From the NCBI GenBank assembly GCA_963817955.1, contig CAWFQK010000007.1:64001-128000 (forward strand): a stretch of DNA of 64,000 nucleotides, written 5' to 3'. Of the stretch, positions 1 to 9,680 are shown in pieces. The position numbers and the translations under genes were made by a program. The first letter of the stretch is position 1. The number at the start of each line of letters is the position of its first letter. The DNA is from an uncultured Gemmatimonadaceae bacterium. GTDB lineage: Bacteria; Gemmatimonadota; Gemmatimonadetes; Gemmatimonadales; Gemmatimonadaceae. The notes below the pieces were generated by a model. It did no database searches. It was given only the letters and a program-made list of their open reading frames with translations, and had not been told where the DNA came from.

Positions 1-316
1 CGAAGCGAAGGATCTCGGTGACCGATAGAACAGCTTTTCAACGCAGAGGTCGCAGAGAACTGCAAGAGAACTGCAGAGAACTGCAGAGGGACATCGAGTA
101 AATCTTATCCGGAAGTCTTGGATGCCCCCTTCGTGACGCTCGGGGTCCCGAAGCTGAGAGCTGGGATCATCTGAGACATGGGATCAAGAGATGGGATCGT
201 CCGACTGGTGAATCGCCCCTCGCGTCCCACCTACACGCGCGTCCCTCTTGCAGTTCTCTGCAGTTCTCTGCAGTTCTCTGCAGTTCTCTTGCAGTTCTCT
301 GCGTCCTCAGCGTTAA
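1..316. mobile_element. Palindromic MITE/REPIN-like element, copy 1 (left-truncated by window edge)
   Basis: Left arm AACGCAGAGGTCGCAGAGAACTGCAAGAGAACTGCAG... (~40-92) and inverted right arm (241-314) are built of 10-11-bp GAGAACTGCA units. Bases 1-90 closely match 49221-49300. Confidence 0.7.
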
Positions 317-423
317 AAAAAACTGGCCGCCCCTCGAGGCGCCCGAACTCACCCGCACAAATCCCCGAGAACTGCCTTCATCGCGCCGTGGCTCCCCTTT
401 CCCAGACCGCGGCGCAACGAACG

Positions 424-1176
424 TCAGGAGGCGAGCGCCATGCCGATCGTCTCGCGCAGCCGCGACAGCGCCTTCGAGCGGATCTGCGAGACGCGCGATT
501 CCGTCAGTCCAAGGATTTCGGCGATCTCGTGCAGCTTCAGCTCTTCGAAATAGTAGAGCGCGAGCACGGTGCGCTCCTGCTCTTTCAGTTTCATGATCGC
601 CTCGCGCAACATCGCGACTTCCTGTTCGCGGCCGAGCTGCGCGTCGACGCCCTCATCCGGATCCGTGTGCAGGAGGTCGAGTGGCGAGGAATGCTGCTCG
701 CCACGTTCGTTCGCCGGCCGATCGATCGGCACGCGGATGGCGCCCTCGACGTCAGACTCCCATTTCCAGAGCGTCTGCACGTCCACGCCCAATGCTTTGG
801 CGACTTCGGCATCGTCGGGACGACGGCACAACTTCGCGGCGAGCGCTGAACGCGCGGCCGAGATGTCGCGCGTCTTGCGGCGCACGGAGCGGGGCACGTG
901 ATCCTGGCGGCGCAGCTCGTCGAGAATCGCGCCGCGAATTCGTGGCACCGCGAAGGTGCTGAACGCCAACCCACGGTCGGGGTCGAAGGCGGTCATGGCC
1001 GACATCAGGCCAAGCGTACCCGCGCTGACGAGCTCGTCGTGATCGAGCTCGTTGCTGAGTTTGCGCTCGAGCTGCCGCGCGACGTGATGCACGAGGCTCA
1101 GGTTCTCTGTGAGGAGCATGTCTCGGGCAGCCAGGTCGCCAGCGGCGAAGGCCATCCAATGGGCTCGGGAATCCAT
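424..1176 (-). CDS. fliA: RNA polymerase sigma-28 factor (FliA/WhiG family)
   Basis: Motifs DELVSAGTLGL, FSTFAVPRIRGAILDELRRQD and region 4 LYYFEELKLHEIAEILGLTESRVSQI. Start trimmed to ATG 1176, which has GGAG upstream. Confidence 0.95.
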   Translation of the reverse strand: MDSRAHWMAFAAGDLAARDMLLTENLSLVHHVARQLERKLSNELDHDELVSAGTLGLMSAMTAFDPDRGLAFSTFAVPRIRGAILDELRRQDHVPRSVRRKTRDISAARSALAAKLCRRPDDAEVAKALGVDVQTLWKWESDVEGAIRVPIDRPANERGEQHSSPLDLLHTDPDEGVDAQLGREQEVAMLREAIMKLKEQERTVLALYYFEELKLHEIAEILGLTESRVSQIRSKALSRLRETIGMALAS

Positions 1177-1178
1177 GT

Positions 1179-1994
1179 TCAGCTCCAGCGTCGAGAGGGG
1201 GGAAAGGGATTGGGCATCGCGGCTGGACGCGGAGCGGTCAACCGTGACGGGAGTAGAGCGTCGACAACGCCGCGGATGGCATCCGCGGCTGGAGAACCAT
1301 CGAGTGCGTCGCGCACGGTCATTCCGGCGCCAACGGCCGCCTGCAGACAGGGGTCGTCTGGAATGACACCGGCGACGTCGATCGTGCGGCCAAGGAAGTG
1401 CGAACACGCGCCGACGAGGAAATCGCAGGCCTCTTCGGCGAGCGCCTCACCGTGGCGGTTGCACACCACGGAAATCGGAGCGTCGGTGCGCGCGGCGCGC
1501 ACCGATTTGACCAGTGCATAGTTGGCGGCGAGCGCGAGACGATCGGCGGACGTCACGAGCAGGAGCGACGGATCCGCCAACTCACTGACCGCGGTGATCG
1601 TGTCCAGGCGCGAACCGCCATCGAAGATCACGACGTCGAATTTGCTGTACGCGTGCGCCAGGCGCGTGAGCGCGGCGCGTCGTTCGTGGTCCGTTGCAGG
1701 CGGGACAGCGGCGGCGCACGTTCCGCCCGCGACAAGCGTGAGTCCATCGTCCACCGCGATCAGCACGTCGTCGGGCCGCGACCGCGGGGCGATGAGACTC
1801 CAGAGACTGCTCGTCGGCCGCTGACCGAACAAGATGTGCAGCGTTCCCCCGGATTCGGTCGTATCGACGATCAACACGCGATCGCCGCGTTGCGCAGCGG
1901 CGAGCGCCGTGAGCGCCGCGACGACTGACGTCCCAACGCCGCCCTTGCCGCTGGCGACGAGGAGCATTGAGGGTTGCGACCACGTGGTTCTCAT
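1179..1994 (-). CDS. flhG: FlhG/FleN MinD-like protein with deviant P-loop
   Basis: SGKGGVGTS P-loop and MinD-like layout. Lies between flhA and fliA; ATGA overlap with the flhA stop. Confidence 0.8.
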   Translation of the reverse strand: MRTTWSQPSMLLVASGKGGVGTSVVAALTALAAAQRGDRVLIVDTTESGGTLHILFGQRPTSSLWSLIAPRSRPDDVLIAVDDGLTLVAGGTCAAAVPPATDHERRAALTRLAHAYSKFDVVIFDGGSRLDTITAVSELADPSLLLVTSADRLALAANYALVKSVRAARTDAPISVVCNRHGEALAEEACDFLVGACSHFLGRTIDVAGVIPDDPCLQAAVGAGMTVRDALDGSPAADAIRGVVDALLPSRLTAPRPAAMPNPFPPSRRWS

Positions 1995-4072
1995 GCAACC
2001 TCCCACGTCGCCACGCTGCTCAGCTTCACGTACGGCGGCAACTCGGCGAGCGACACCACCGGGAGATTCGGCAGTACCGGCTCCACGAGGCGGCGAAGTC
2101 CCACGCGGAGTGACGGCGGCGCGAGCAGCGGCAGCGGCCGGCCTTCCACCACGTTCGCGGTGGCCATGTTATCGAGATCGCGCAACAGCGCGCCGAGACT
2201 GTCCGGTGTGAGCATGGTTGCCGGATTCTGGTTCGCGCGCGGGCTGAACAGACCGAGCAGCGACAGCTCCAGCTTGGGTCCGACGGTGATGCCGCGCACG
2301 AGCCCGTGTTCATCCATGTGCAACCGCGCGATCGTGTTCGTCAGGGCGCGGCGCGCATGTTCGGTGAGCACCTCCGGATCCTTCGTCTGGTCCGCGGCGT
2401 CCGCGACGGCTTCGAGAATGGTCACGAGATCGCGGATCGGCACCCGTTCCTTCAACAGGCGCTGGAGCACCCGATGCAGCACACCGAGCGTGAGCTTACC
2501 GGGAACGACATCGTCCACGAGCGCGGGATGCGTCTTCTTGAGCGTGTCCACCATTTCCTGCACGTCCTGCCGTCCCAGCAAGTCGGACGCGCTGGCCTTG
2601 AGTTTTTCCATGAGATGTGTGGCGACCACTGTGGCTGGTTCCACCACGACGTATCCGAGGGATTCCGCTTCGACGCGTTTCGTCGGCGCGATCCAGCGCG
2701 CCGGCATACCGAAGCTCGGATCGAGCGTGTCGATGCCGTCCACGTTGCCAATGATACGGCCCGTATCGAGCGCCAGGAGGAAGCGCGGCATGACTTCACC
2801 CCGCGCTATTTCAGAGCCGCGCAACTTGATGACGTACTCATTTGCCGGCAAGCGAATGTCGTCGCGAATGCGGATGGCCGGCACGAGGATGCCGAGTTCC
2901 TGCGCCGACTGCTTGCGCAGCATCGAGATCCGGTCGAGCAGATCGCCGCCCTGTTTCTCGTCGACGAGCGGAATGAGCGCGTAGCCAACCTCGAGCTCGA
3001 TCGGATCGATCTGCAGGAGGTCGGACATCGGGTCGGCCAACGGTGCGGGTGGTTGCGCGGCCGCGACGGCCGCCGCCTGCGTGGCGATGCGCTTCTTTTC
3101 CGCTCTCGCGGCGACATTGCCTAACATCGCGAGACCGCCGCCCAGCACCAGGAACGGGACTTTTGGAAGACCCGGCACGAGGCCGAACACGCCGAGTACC
3201 GAACCGGCGATGGTCATCGCCCGCGGCTGGGCACTGAGCTGCATCGCCAGCGTCTCTCCCATACGGGCGCCGCTGGCGGCGTGCGTCACCATGATGCCGG
3301 CGGCGGTGCTGATGATCAGCGCCGGGATCTGCGTGACGAGACCATCGCCGACCGTGAGGATGGTGTACTGCGACAGCGCCTGGCCAAGCGGCAGCCCGCG
3401 TTGGAATGCGCCGATGAAGATGCCGCCGACAATGTTGATGGCCGTGATGAGCAAGCCGGCGACCGCGTCACCCTTCACGAATTTCGACGAACCGTCCATG
3501 GCGCCGTAGAAATCCGCTTGGCGCGAGATGTCGTCGCGACGCTTGCGTGCCTGCTTTTCGTCAATGAGGCCGGCGCTCAGATCGGCATCGATTGCCATCT
3601 GCTTGCCCGGCATGGCGTCAAGGGTGAAGCGGGCCGCGACTTCGGCGACGCGCCCGGCACCCTTGGTGATGACGATGAAGTTGATGCCGACCAGAATGAG
3701 AAACAGCACGAGGCCGACGGCATAATTGCCGCCGATCACGAACTCGCCGAATGCCTGAATGACCGCGCCGGCGTGTCCCTGGCTCAGAATGAGCCGCGTA
3801 CTGCAGACGTTGAGCGCCAGCCGGAACAGCGTGAGCAGCAGCAACAGCGACGGAAAACTGCTGAACTCCAGCGGGTCCGTGGAATACAGGGCGACGAGCA
3901 GCACGACGAGGGACATGCCGATGCTCGTGGCGAGCAACATGTCGAGCATGACGCCGGGCAGCGGCACCATGAGGAGCGCGACGATGAAGACGACGGCGAT
4001 CGCCAATCCAACGTCGGCAATGCGCTTGCCCGACGCGCCGAGCACGGGCAGAGGGGCGACGGCGGTACTCAT
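1991..4072 (-). CDS. flhA: Flagellar export gate protein FlhA
   Basis: FHIPEP motif RVAEVAARFTLDAMPGKQMAIDADL; 693 aa. Confidence 0.97.
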   Translation of the reverse strand: MSTAVAPLPVLGASGKRIADVGLAIAVVFIVALLMVPLPGVMLDMLLATSIGMSLVVLLVALYSTDPLEFSSFPSLLLLLTLFRLALNVCSTRLILSQGHAGAVIQAFGEFVIGGNYAVGLVLFLILVGINFIVITKGAGRVAEVAARFTLDAMPGKQMAIDADLSAGLIDEKQARKRRDDISRQADFYGAMDGSSKFVKGDAVAGLLITAINIVGGIFIGAFQRGLPLGQALSQYTILTVGDGLVTQIPALIISTAAGIMVTHAASGARMGETLAMQLSAQPRAMTIAGSVLGVFGLVPGLPKVPFLVLGGGLAMLGNVAARAEKKRIATQAAAVAAAQPPAPLADPMSDLLQIDPIELEVGYALIPLVDEKQGGDLLDRISMLRKQSAQELGILVPAIRIRDDIRLPANEYVIKLRGSEIARGEVMPRFLLALDTGRIIGNVDGIDTLDPSFGMPARWIAPTKRVEAESLGYVVVEPATVVATHLMEKLKASASDLLGRQDVQEMVDTLKKTHPALVDDVVPGKLTLGVLHRVLQRLLKERVPIRDLVTILEAVADAADQTKDPEVLTEHARRALTNTIARLHMDEHGLVRGITVGPKLELSLLGLFSPRANQNPATMLTPDSLGALLRDLDNMATANVVEGRPLPLLAPPSLRVGLRRLVEPVLPNLPVVSLAELPPYVKLSSVATWEVA

Positions 4073-5160
4073 GCGCGGACGTTCACTTGCGGGCTGCCGA
4101 GGCGGCCACGCGTACGGAGAACGAAGGCGAGCACTTCAGCCACGGCCATGTACAGTTCGTAAGGAATGAGCGTGCCGACCTTCGCGGTCTTCAACAGCGC
4201 ACGGGCAAGCGGGCGGTTCTCCACCATCGGAACGCCTGCTTCGGCGGCGATCTCCTTGATGCGCTCGGCCACCTTGTTCATGCCAATGGCGAGCACGATC
4301 GGCGCAGGCGCGATCGATGTGTCGTACTTGATGGCAATGGCGATGTGGGTCGGGTTGACGATGACGACGTCCGCCTTGGGAACGTCCGTCATCATTTGCC
4401 GGCGGGCGTAGGAGCGGGCAATCGACCGGCGACGCTGCTTGATGTGCGGATCGCCGTCGTTCTGCTTCGACTCCTGTTTCACTTCCTCCTTCGTCATGCG
4501 CAAAGACTTCTGGTACTGCCACCACTGCCAGACGTAGTCGCCGGCGGCAAGCGCCAGGTAGGCGCCGCCCGCCGTCGCGAGCATGCGCACCGCATACTTC
4601 TTCACCACGAACAGGAAGCCGAGCTGCGATTCCTGGGACAGCGCGATCGCATCGGGCAGCGCAGCCTTGATCGCGCCGTACACGGCCGTGCCGATGATGG
4701 CCATCTTGCCAAGCGATTTGACCAGCTCGACGATCTGCTTCATGCCAAAAAGATTCTTGGCATTGGCCGCAGGGCTGATGCGCGACAGCTGCGGCATGAT
4801 GGGTTTGAGCGACATCACGCCGCGCGCTTGCAGCGCCGCCATGGCGAACGACGCTCCGGCCATTGCGACGACGAGTCCGATGATCGCACTGAACGCGTGC
4901 GTCGCGGTGTCGCGAATGAGCGTCGTGGCCGACTCGCGATCGAGTGAGATGCTGCCGAGCGACGCCAGCCCGCTGCCCATGATCTGGAACATCGCGTGGC
5001 CGGCGATCGGCGTCATCGCGCTGATCACCGCGGCGCTTCCGAGCAACGACATGGCCACGGTCAGCTCCGGGCTGCGCGGAATGCGTCCTTCCTCGTGCGC
5101 TTCGTCGCGTTTGTGGGGAGTGGCCTCCTCGGTGCGGTCCGCATCGGAATGCTCGGACAT
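4069..5160 (-). CDS. flhB: Flagellar export switch protein FlhB
   Basis: N-terminal RTEEATPHK and the NPTH autocleavage motif. Confidence 0.96.
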   Translation of the reverse strand: MSEHSDADRTEEATPHKRDEAHEEGRIPRSPELTVAMSLLGSAAVISAMTPIAGHAMFQIMGSGLASLGSISLDRESATTLIRDTATHAFSAIIGLVVAMAGASFAMAALQARGVMSLKPIMPQLSRISPAANAKNLFGMKQIVELVKSLGKMAIIGTAVYGAIKAALPDAIALSQESQLGFLFVVKKYAVRMLATAGGAYLALAAGDYVWQWWQYQKSLRMTKEEVKQESKQNDGDPHIKQRRRSIARSYARRQMMTDVPKADVVIVNPTHIAIAIKYDTSIAPAPIVLAIGMNKVAERIKEIAAEAGVPMVENRPLARALLKTAKVGTLIPYELYMAVAEVLAFVLRTRGRLGSPQVNVRA

Positions 5161-5939
5161 CAGGGTGCACCGTGCGTGAACGCGGTGAAAGCCAGATCGA
5201 GCGTGTTGTTGTATACGCCAGACCAGCCGTTGTAGAACGCGCCGATGAACGGAATGGAGGCACCGAGGGCGAATAGGCCAACGCCGATCTGCAGCGGGAA
5301 TGCCACCGACAGAATGTTGAGCTGTGGCGCGGCACGACCCAGCACCGCCAGCGCCGTGTTGGCGACGAGCACGGCCGCGATGACCGGCGCCGCGAATTGC
5401 AGCCCGAGCGCGAACAACACGCTGGCCGAGCGCACCATGGCATGCATGCCTTCGGCGTGTACCGCTGTGCCGATCGGAATGAAGCGGAGGCTTCGCGCCA
5501 CAGCGTCGATCATCACCAGGTGCGCGTTCACCGCGAGCAGCATGGTGACGGCGAACAGCGTAGCGAAACTTCCGAGGACGTTCTCAGAACTGTTATTGAT
5601 GGGATCGAGGACGGCGGCACCCGACAACCCCGTCTGCATGCCGATGACGTCGCCCGCCATGCCGGCGGCACCGACGAGCAACGCGGCACCGAGCCCGAGG
5701 GCGAAGCCGACCAGCGCTTCGCCAAGAAAGGTTTCCGGCGTGATCTGGACCGTTGCCGTGGTGTGCGCCAGCGCGAGCGGCTGGAGCAGCACGGTGAGGA
5801 TGACGACGATCGACGTCCTCACCATGACCGGCACCGACTTCGTCGAGAAGACGGGGGCGATCGTCACCAAGCCGCCAATGCGTGCTGCGAGCAGCACGAG
5901 CGTCTGGGCGGATCCGGGGGCGAAGAGATCGAGCGACAC
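5160..5939 (-). CDS. fliR: Flagellar export protein FliR
   Basis: Hydrophobic 259 aa; GRAAPQLNIL motif; synteny. Confidence 0.93.
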   Translation of the reverse strand: MSLDLFAPGSAQTLVLLAARIGGLVTIAPVFSTKSVPVMVRTSIVVILTVLLQPLALAHTTATVQITPETFLGEALVGFALGLGAALLVGAAGMAGDVIGMQTGLSGAAVLDPINNSSENVLGSFATLFAVTMLLAVNAHLVMIDAVARSLRFIPIGTAVHAEGMHAMVRSASVLFALGLQFAAPVIAAVLVANTALAVLGRAAPQLNILSVAFPLQIGVGLFALGASIPFIGAFYNGWSGVYNNTLDLAFTAFTHGAP

Positions 5940-5952
5940 GGAGGCTGGGCGA

Positions 5953-6222
5953 TCAGGAAGCGAGTGACGGAATACTGCGGAACAACTCCGTGGTGTATTT
6001 CACCAGCACCTGCAAAACCCAGGGGAGCGCGAGCAGAAAGACCGCGCTGACGCCGACGAGCTTGGGCACGAAGACGAGCGTCTGTTCCTGGATCTGGGTC
6101 ACCGCTTGCAGGACGCTGACGGTGAGACCGATGAGGAGTGCCACGACCAGCATCGGCCCGCAAATGAGCAGGGCGAGCATGATCGCGTTGCGTGCGAGAT
6201 CGACGACGAGTGTGTTCGACAT
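5953..6222 (-). CDS. fliQ: Flagellar export protein FliQ
   Basis: QAVTQIQEQTLVFVPKL motif. Confidence 0.95.
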   Translation of the reverse strand: MSNTLVVDLARNAIMLALLICGPMLVVALLIGLTVSVLQAVTQIQEQTLVFVPKLVGVSAVFLLALPWVLQVLVKYTTELFRSIPSLAS

Positions 6223-6223
6223 C

Positions 6224-7465
6224 TTATTTGAAGCTCGTGATGAGACTCTGGACGATCAGGGACCAGCCATCGACCAGAACGAACAGCAACAGCTTGAAGG
6301 GCAGCGAAATCATCGCCGGCGGGAGCATGAACATGCCCATGCTCATGAGGACCGACGACACGGCGACATCGATAATGATGAACGGCAGGAAGAGTGCAAA
6401 ACCGATCTGAAAAGCGGTGCGCAGTTCGCTGATGACGAAGGCGGAGGTGAGGGTCACCATCGGGACATCTCCGATCGACGCGGGCTGCATACCGGTGCTC
6501 ATGCGGACGAACGTCTCGATGTCCTCGCGGCGAGTCTGCTTGAGCATGAACGCGCGAAACGGCCGGCTGCCGAGGTCGAGCATTTGCGACTGGCTGATCT
6601 GTCCGTCCATCCATGGCGTGAGCGCCGTGCGATTCACTTCATTGAGCGTGGGCGCCATGACGAACCCGGTGAGGAGCAGGGCCAGCGCCGCAATCAGCTG
6701 ATTCGGTGGCGCGCTCTGGGTGCCGAGCGCCTGACGCAAGAAGTTGAGGACAATGAGTATCCTCGTGAACCCGGTCATCATCAGCAGCAGCGTCGGCAGG
6801 AGAGTCATGAGACCCATCGTCACGACGACGCCGACGGTGCCACTCAGATGCAGTCCGTCCCCGCCGCCGACCTTGAGGTCCATCTGCGGGGCGAGTGGCG
6901 CGGGACCGGCCGCGAGGGGCTTGGCCGCCGATCCTTTCAGGCCGGCCAGCTTCTCTACGAGATCTGCGGGGTTCTGTCCCGCCTTCACGCCGGACACCGC
7001 TTGCTTCGCAATCTCCGTCATCTGCGCGACCGACGGCGGACGCGCCGTCACGCGTTGTGCGTTCGCTCTCGTGGACGTGGCGAGCGCGAAGACGATCGCG
7101 AGGCCCGCCGTTCGCATCGCACCCTTGAATGCCGCCTTGAAGTCGAGCGGAGAATTGGGCCGCGGTCCGTCCATCGCCACTCGGTCCTTGACATCCGCCA
7201 CCAATTCGACCTCGCCCGGCTCCAGCTCGAACAACCGATTGATCCCGCCTTCCCCCACGGAAATGGCGACGAGCCGTTCGCCCACGCGAACGACGGCAAT
7301 GCCCTGCTTGGGGCCAAGCGCCAGCCGTTGCACAACCTCCATCTTGAGGCGTGCTCCCGCGGTGGAAGTGGGCGCGAATCGCCGCAGCAACTTCAGGGCA
7401 ATGCCGAGCAACGCCAGGACGAATCCCAGCGTCATCAGTACGCCCATGATCGAACCGAAGGTCAC
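6224..7465 (-). CDS. fliP: FliO-FliP fusion protein
   Basis: The N-terminal ~90 aa are FliO-like (TM helix, LALGPKQGIAVVRVG). The C-terminus is FliP (MMTGFTRILIVL, PPNQ, SELRTAFQIGF, MFMLPPAMISLPFKLLLFVLVDGW). One continuous ORF. Confidence 0.9.
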   Translation of the reverse strand: MTFGSIMGVLMTLGFVLALLGIALKLLRRFAPTSTAGARLKMEVVQRLALGPKQGIAVVRVGERLVAISVGEGGINRLFELEPGEVELVADVKDRVAMDGPRPNSPLDFKAAFKGAMRTAGLAIVFALATSTRANAQRVTARPPSVAQMTEIAKQAVSGVKAGQNPADLVEKLAGLKGSAAKPLAAGPAPLAPQMDLKVGGGDGLHLSGTVGVVVTMGLMTLLPTLLLMMTGFTRILIVLNFLRQALGTQSAPPNQLIAALALLLTGFVMAPTLNEVNRTALTPWMDGQISQSQMLDLGSRPFRAFMLKQTRREDIETFVRMSTGMQPASIGDVPMVTLTSAFVISELRTAFQIGFALFLPFIIIDVAVSSVLMSMGMFMLPPAMISLPFKLLLFVLVDGWSLIVQSLITSFK

Positions 7466-7818
7466 GCGTTCCCCTCGGGAGACGTGATGTTCGAGATGAT
7501 GCGGGTGATGCGAACGCCGAAGTGCTCGCCGAGCACCACGACTTCGCCTTCGGCAAAGCGGCGGTCCGCGACGTAGAGGTCGATCGGCTCGCCGGCCAGG
7601 CGCTCGAGCTGTACGACCGACCCGCGACCCAGACGCAGGATGTCCTGTACCATCATGCGCGTACGTCCCAGCTCGATCGAGAGCGGAAGCGTGAGGTCCA
7701 TCAACATGGCGAGCGGCACTTCGGCGCTGTTGTGCACGCCGGCGCCCAATTCAGCGAGCTGGGGAGTGGCTACGGGCTGTGCGCCGCTCGTGAGCGCGTC
7801 GATGTCTGCCTGATTCAT
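7462..7818 (-). CDS. fliN: Flagellar motor switch protein FliN
   Basis: SpoA domain: LSIELGRT...GEVVVLGEHFGVRIT. Confidence 0.93.
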   Translation of the reverse strand: MNQADIDALTSGAQPVATPQLAELGAGVHNSAEVPLAMLMDLTLPLSIELGRTRMMVQDILRLGRGSVVQLERLAGEPIDLYVADRRFAEGEVVVLGEHFGVRITRIISNITSPEGNA

Positions 7819-8855
7819 GAGTTGGTGTCCAGAGATGACGAAAGCGGGCCGCTGCTGAGCGGCTCGAGTACGCGAACGGCGAGTTTGCGTCCGACTCGTC
7901 CCGCGACGGTCCTGAAGCGCGGATGATTGCCGACCAGCAGATTGACGTTGGCGTCGATCGGTATGCCGGTGGACAGCATGCTGCCGACTGTGAGGCTGGC
8001 GATGTCCCGCATTGCGAGATGGAATTCCGGCAGACGCGCCGCCACTTCTACACGCGTGGCACGCAGCGCCACCTCGGTGTTCTCGCGCTGGCCGGGCAAT
8101 TCACGCCGCGGCAGTTGGGCCATGGTGGATCTGGAACTGCCCGTCACGAAGAACTTCTCGAGCACCGACAGCGGGAGGGCGATGGAGATCAGGCTTGTGG
8201 TGCTGCCGAAGGTCGCATCAATGTTCGCGACGAGTACCGGCGACTCGCGCGTCGCTGCCTGGATGATCTCGGGAATGGATTCGAACCCGGCGAGGGAGAT
8301 CTCGAGCTCGACATGATCCTCCCAGATCTCCTGCACCAGCCCCATTACGCGCTCGGCAACGACGCGAACGGCCATTCGCTCGATCGGCGTGAGCGCACGC
8401 TCGAGAATCGTCGCATCGGCGCCGCCGCCGCCAAACAGACGGTCGACGAGGAAGTAGGCGAGCTCGCGGCCGATGTCGATCACGGCCTGCTCGCCGACGG
8501 CGTCGTCGCCAGCGCGGTCCTTGAGGTCGAGAATGAAGGAGTTGCAACTCGCCGGTAGCGACAGCACGTACTCGCCGAATGATATCTGTTCCACGCTCAC
8601 CAGGCGCAGGCCGACGGCACCGCGGACGCGGCCCATGAGCCAGCCCTCGAGCGACTTCACCAGACGGCCGTACATCGCTTCCAGTACGTGCAACCGGTCC
8701 TTGGAGACACGGTGCGGGCGGGCGAAGTCGTAGATCTGGACGTCGGGCGCCGAGTGATGGATGACAGGACGCTTGGCCGTGTCGCCCAGCATCAGCCGGT
8801 CGATATCGTCTTGCGACAGCGTCTGCGAAGAATTCGGAATGCGGGGTGCGGTCAT
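7815..8855 (-). CDS. fliM: Flagellar motor switch protein FliM
   Basis: LSQDDIDRL CheY-binding peptide, YDFARP and a C-terminal SpoA domain. Confidence 0.92.
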   Translation of the reverse strand: MTAPRIPNSSQTLSQDDIDRLMLGDTAKRPVIHHSAPDVQIYDFARPHRVSKDRLHVLEAMYGRLVKSLEGWLMGRVRGAVGLRLVSVEQISFGEYVLSLPASCNSFILDLKDRAGDDAVGEQAVIDIGRELAYFLVDRLFGGGGADATILERALTPIERMAVRVVAERVMGLVQEIWEDHVELEISLAGFESIPEIIQAATRESPVLVANIDATFGSTTSLISIALPLSVLEKFFVTGSSRSTMAQLPRRELPGQRENTEVALRATRVEVAARLPEFHLAMRDIASLTVGSMLSTGIPIDANVNLLVGNHPRFRTVAGRVGRKLAVRVLEPLSSGPLSSSLDTNS

Positions 8856-9364
8856 TGGGTCACGAACTGCGGAAAGAAGACCTTGAGCACTGCCCCTTTC
8901 GGAAACAGCGGCCGCACGGCGTCCAGCACCTCACTCTTGATCGCCTCGCGCTCCATGATGTTCGTCAACTGGTCGACCGTCTTCTTTCCGAGGAGCGCGA
9001 GGATGTGGTCGCGCACCTCGGCCTCATGATCCTTCATCATCTGGTCGATGCTCGCATCCTTGAGCTCGAACGTCGCGGTGACCATGAGAAAGCGCGTACC
9101 GCCGCTTCCCGCGGGATTGAGCACGAGGTTCTCGATTGCGTGCGTCACAGACGACGACACTGGCGCGGTGGCAGAGTCAGGCGTCGGGACCACGGCGGCG
9201 GGTGTGGCGCGCTTCTTGGCGAGGAGGGGTCCGACGCCAAGCAGTCCTGTGGCCGCTCCGGCCGCGACGCCGATCACGCCAAGGATCAACACCCCACGCT
9301 TCCCTTTGGACGGGGGTGTGTCATCGACCGCTTCTGGAACTTGTTCGATGGCTTCGGTCGCCAT
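8852..9364 (-). CDS. fliL: Flagellar basal body-associated protein FliL
   Basis: Single TM helix, LVLNPAG...RFL and C-terminal VFFPQFVTQ; upstream of fliM. Confidence 0.9.
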   Translation of the reverse strand: MATEAIEQVPEAVDDTPPSKGKRGVLILGVIGVAAGAATGLLGVGPLLAKKRATPAAVVPTPDSATAPVSSSVTHAIENLVLNPAGSGGTRFLMVTATFELKDASIDQMMKDHEAEVRDHILALLGKKTVDQLTNIMEREAIKSEVLDAVRPLFPKGAVLKVFFPQFVTQ

Positions 9365-9412
9365 GGGATGGGAAAGAGGGAGGCTGATCGAGAAATGACA
9401 CCAGGGGGAAAG

Positions 9413-9427
9413 GCAGGCAGCATGCCT
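9413..9427 (-). promoter_or_regulatory. Candidate sigma54 -24/-12 promoter for the fliL-fliA operon
   Basis: Minus strand reads AGGCATGCTGCCTGC (GG-N10-GC), about 50 bp upstream of the fliL start. Confidence 0.55.
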
Positions 9428-9480
9428 CGTGGAAACGCGCTGAATACCAGGCGCCAGACATCAGATAAGTGGAGTAGTAG

Positions 9481-9586
9481 CAACGTATTAACTGCTTCTT
9501 GCGTCCCTCGGTTGCCACACGGAATTTTCGTCCACTCAACCACCATGCGGAACGAATTGCCGGGTCGACGCAGGCGCTTTTTGCCG
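9481..9586. promoter_or_regulatory. IHF-like box plus paired enhancer-like palindromes
   Basis: CAA-N4-TTA at 9481-9490; CGGAA-N5-TGCCG at 9548-9562; AGGCG-N5-TGCCG at 9572-9586. The same layout recurs upstream of flgB. Confidence 0.5.
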
Positions 9587-9611
9587 GGCGCACGCTACGG
9601 GCCGAGTCACC

Positions 9612-9644
9612 AAACGAAAGACGGGGCGCTCGAGGCGCCCCGTC
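9612..9644 (-). terminator. Rho-independent terminator after flgE
   Basis: 10-bp stem GACGGGGCGC/GCGCCCCGTC followed on the minus strand by TTTCGTTT. Confidence 0.7.
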
Positions 9645-9680
9645 AGTCCACTTCTTGTCGCGTCCAGCGTTGATCCACGC

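Noticed and set aside
5882..7576. Long antisense/shadow ORFs (also 16187-17695, 38581-40380, 40415-41872, 57970-59238)
   Set aside because: They overlap well-supported genes and have no motifs; such ORFs are expected in GC-rich DNA.
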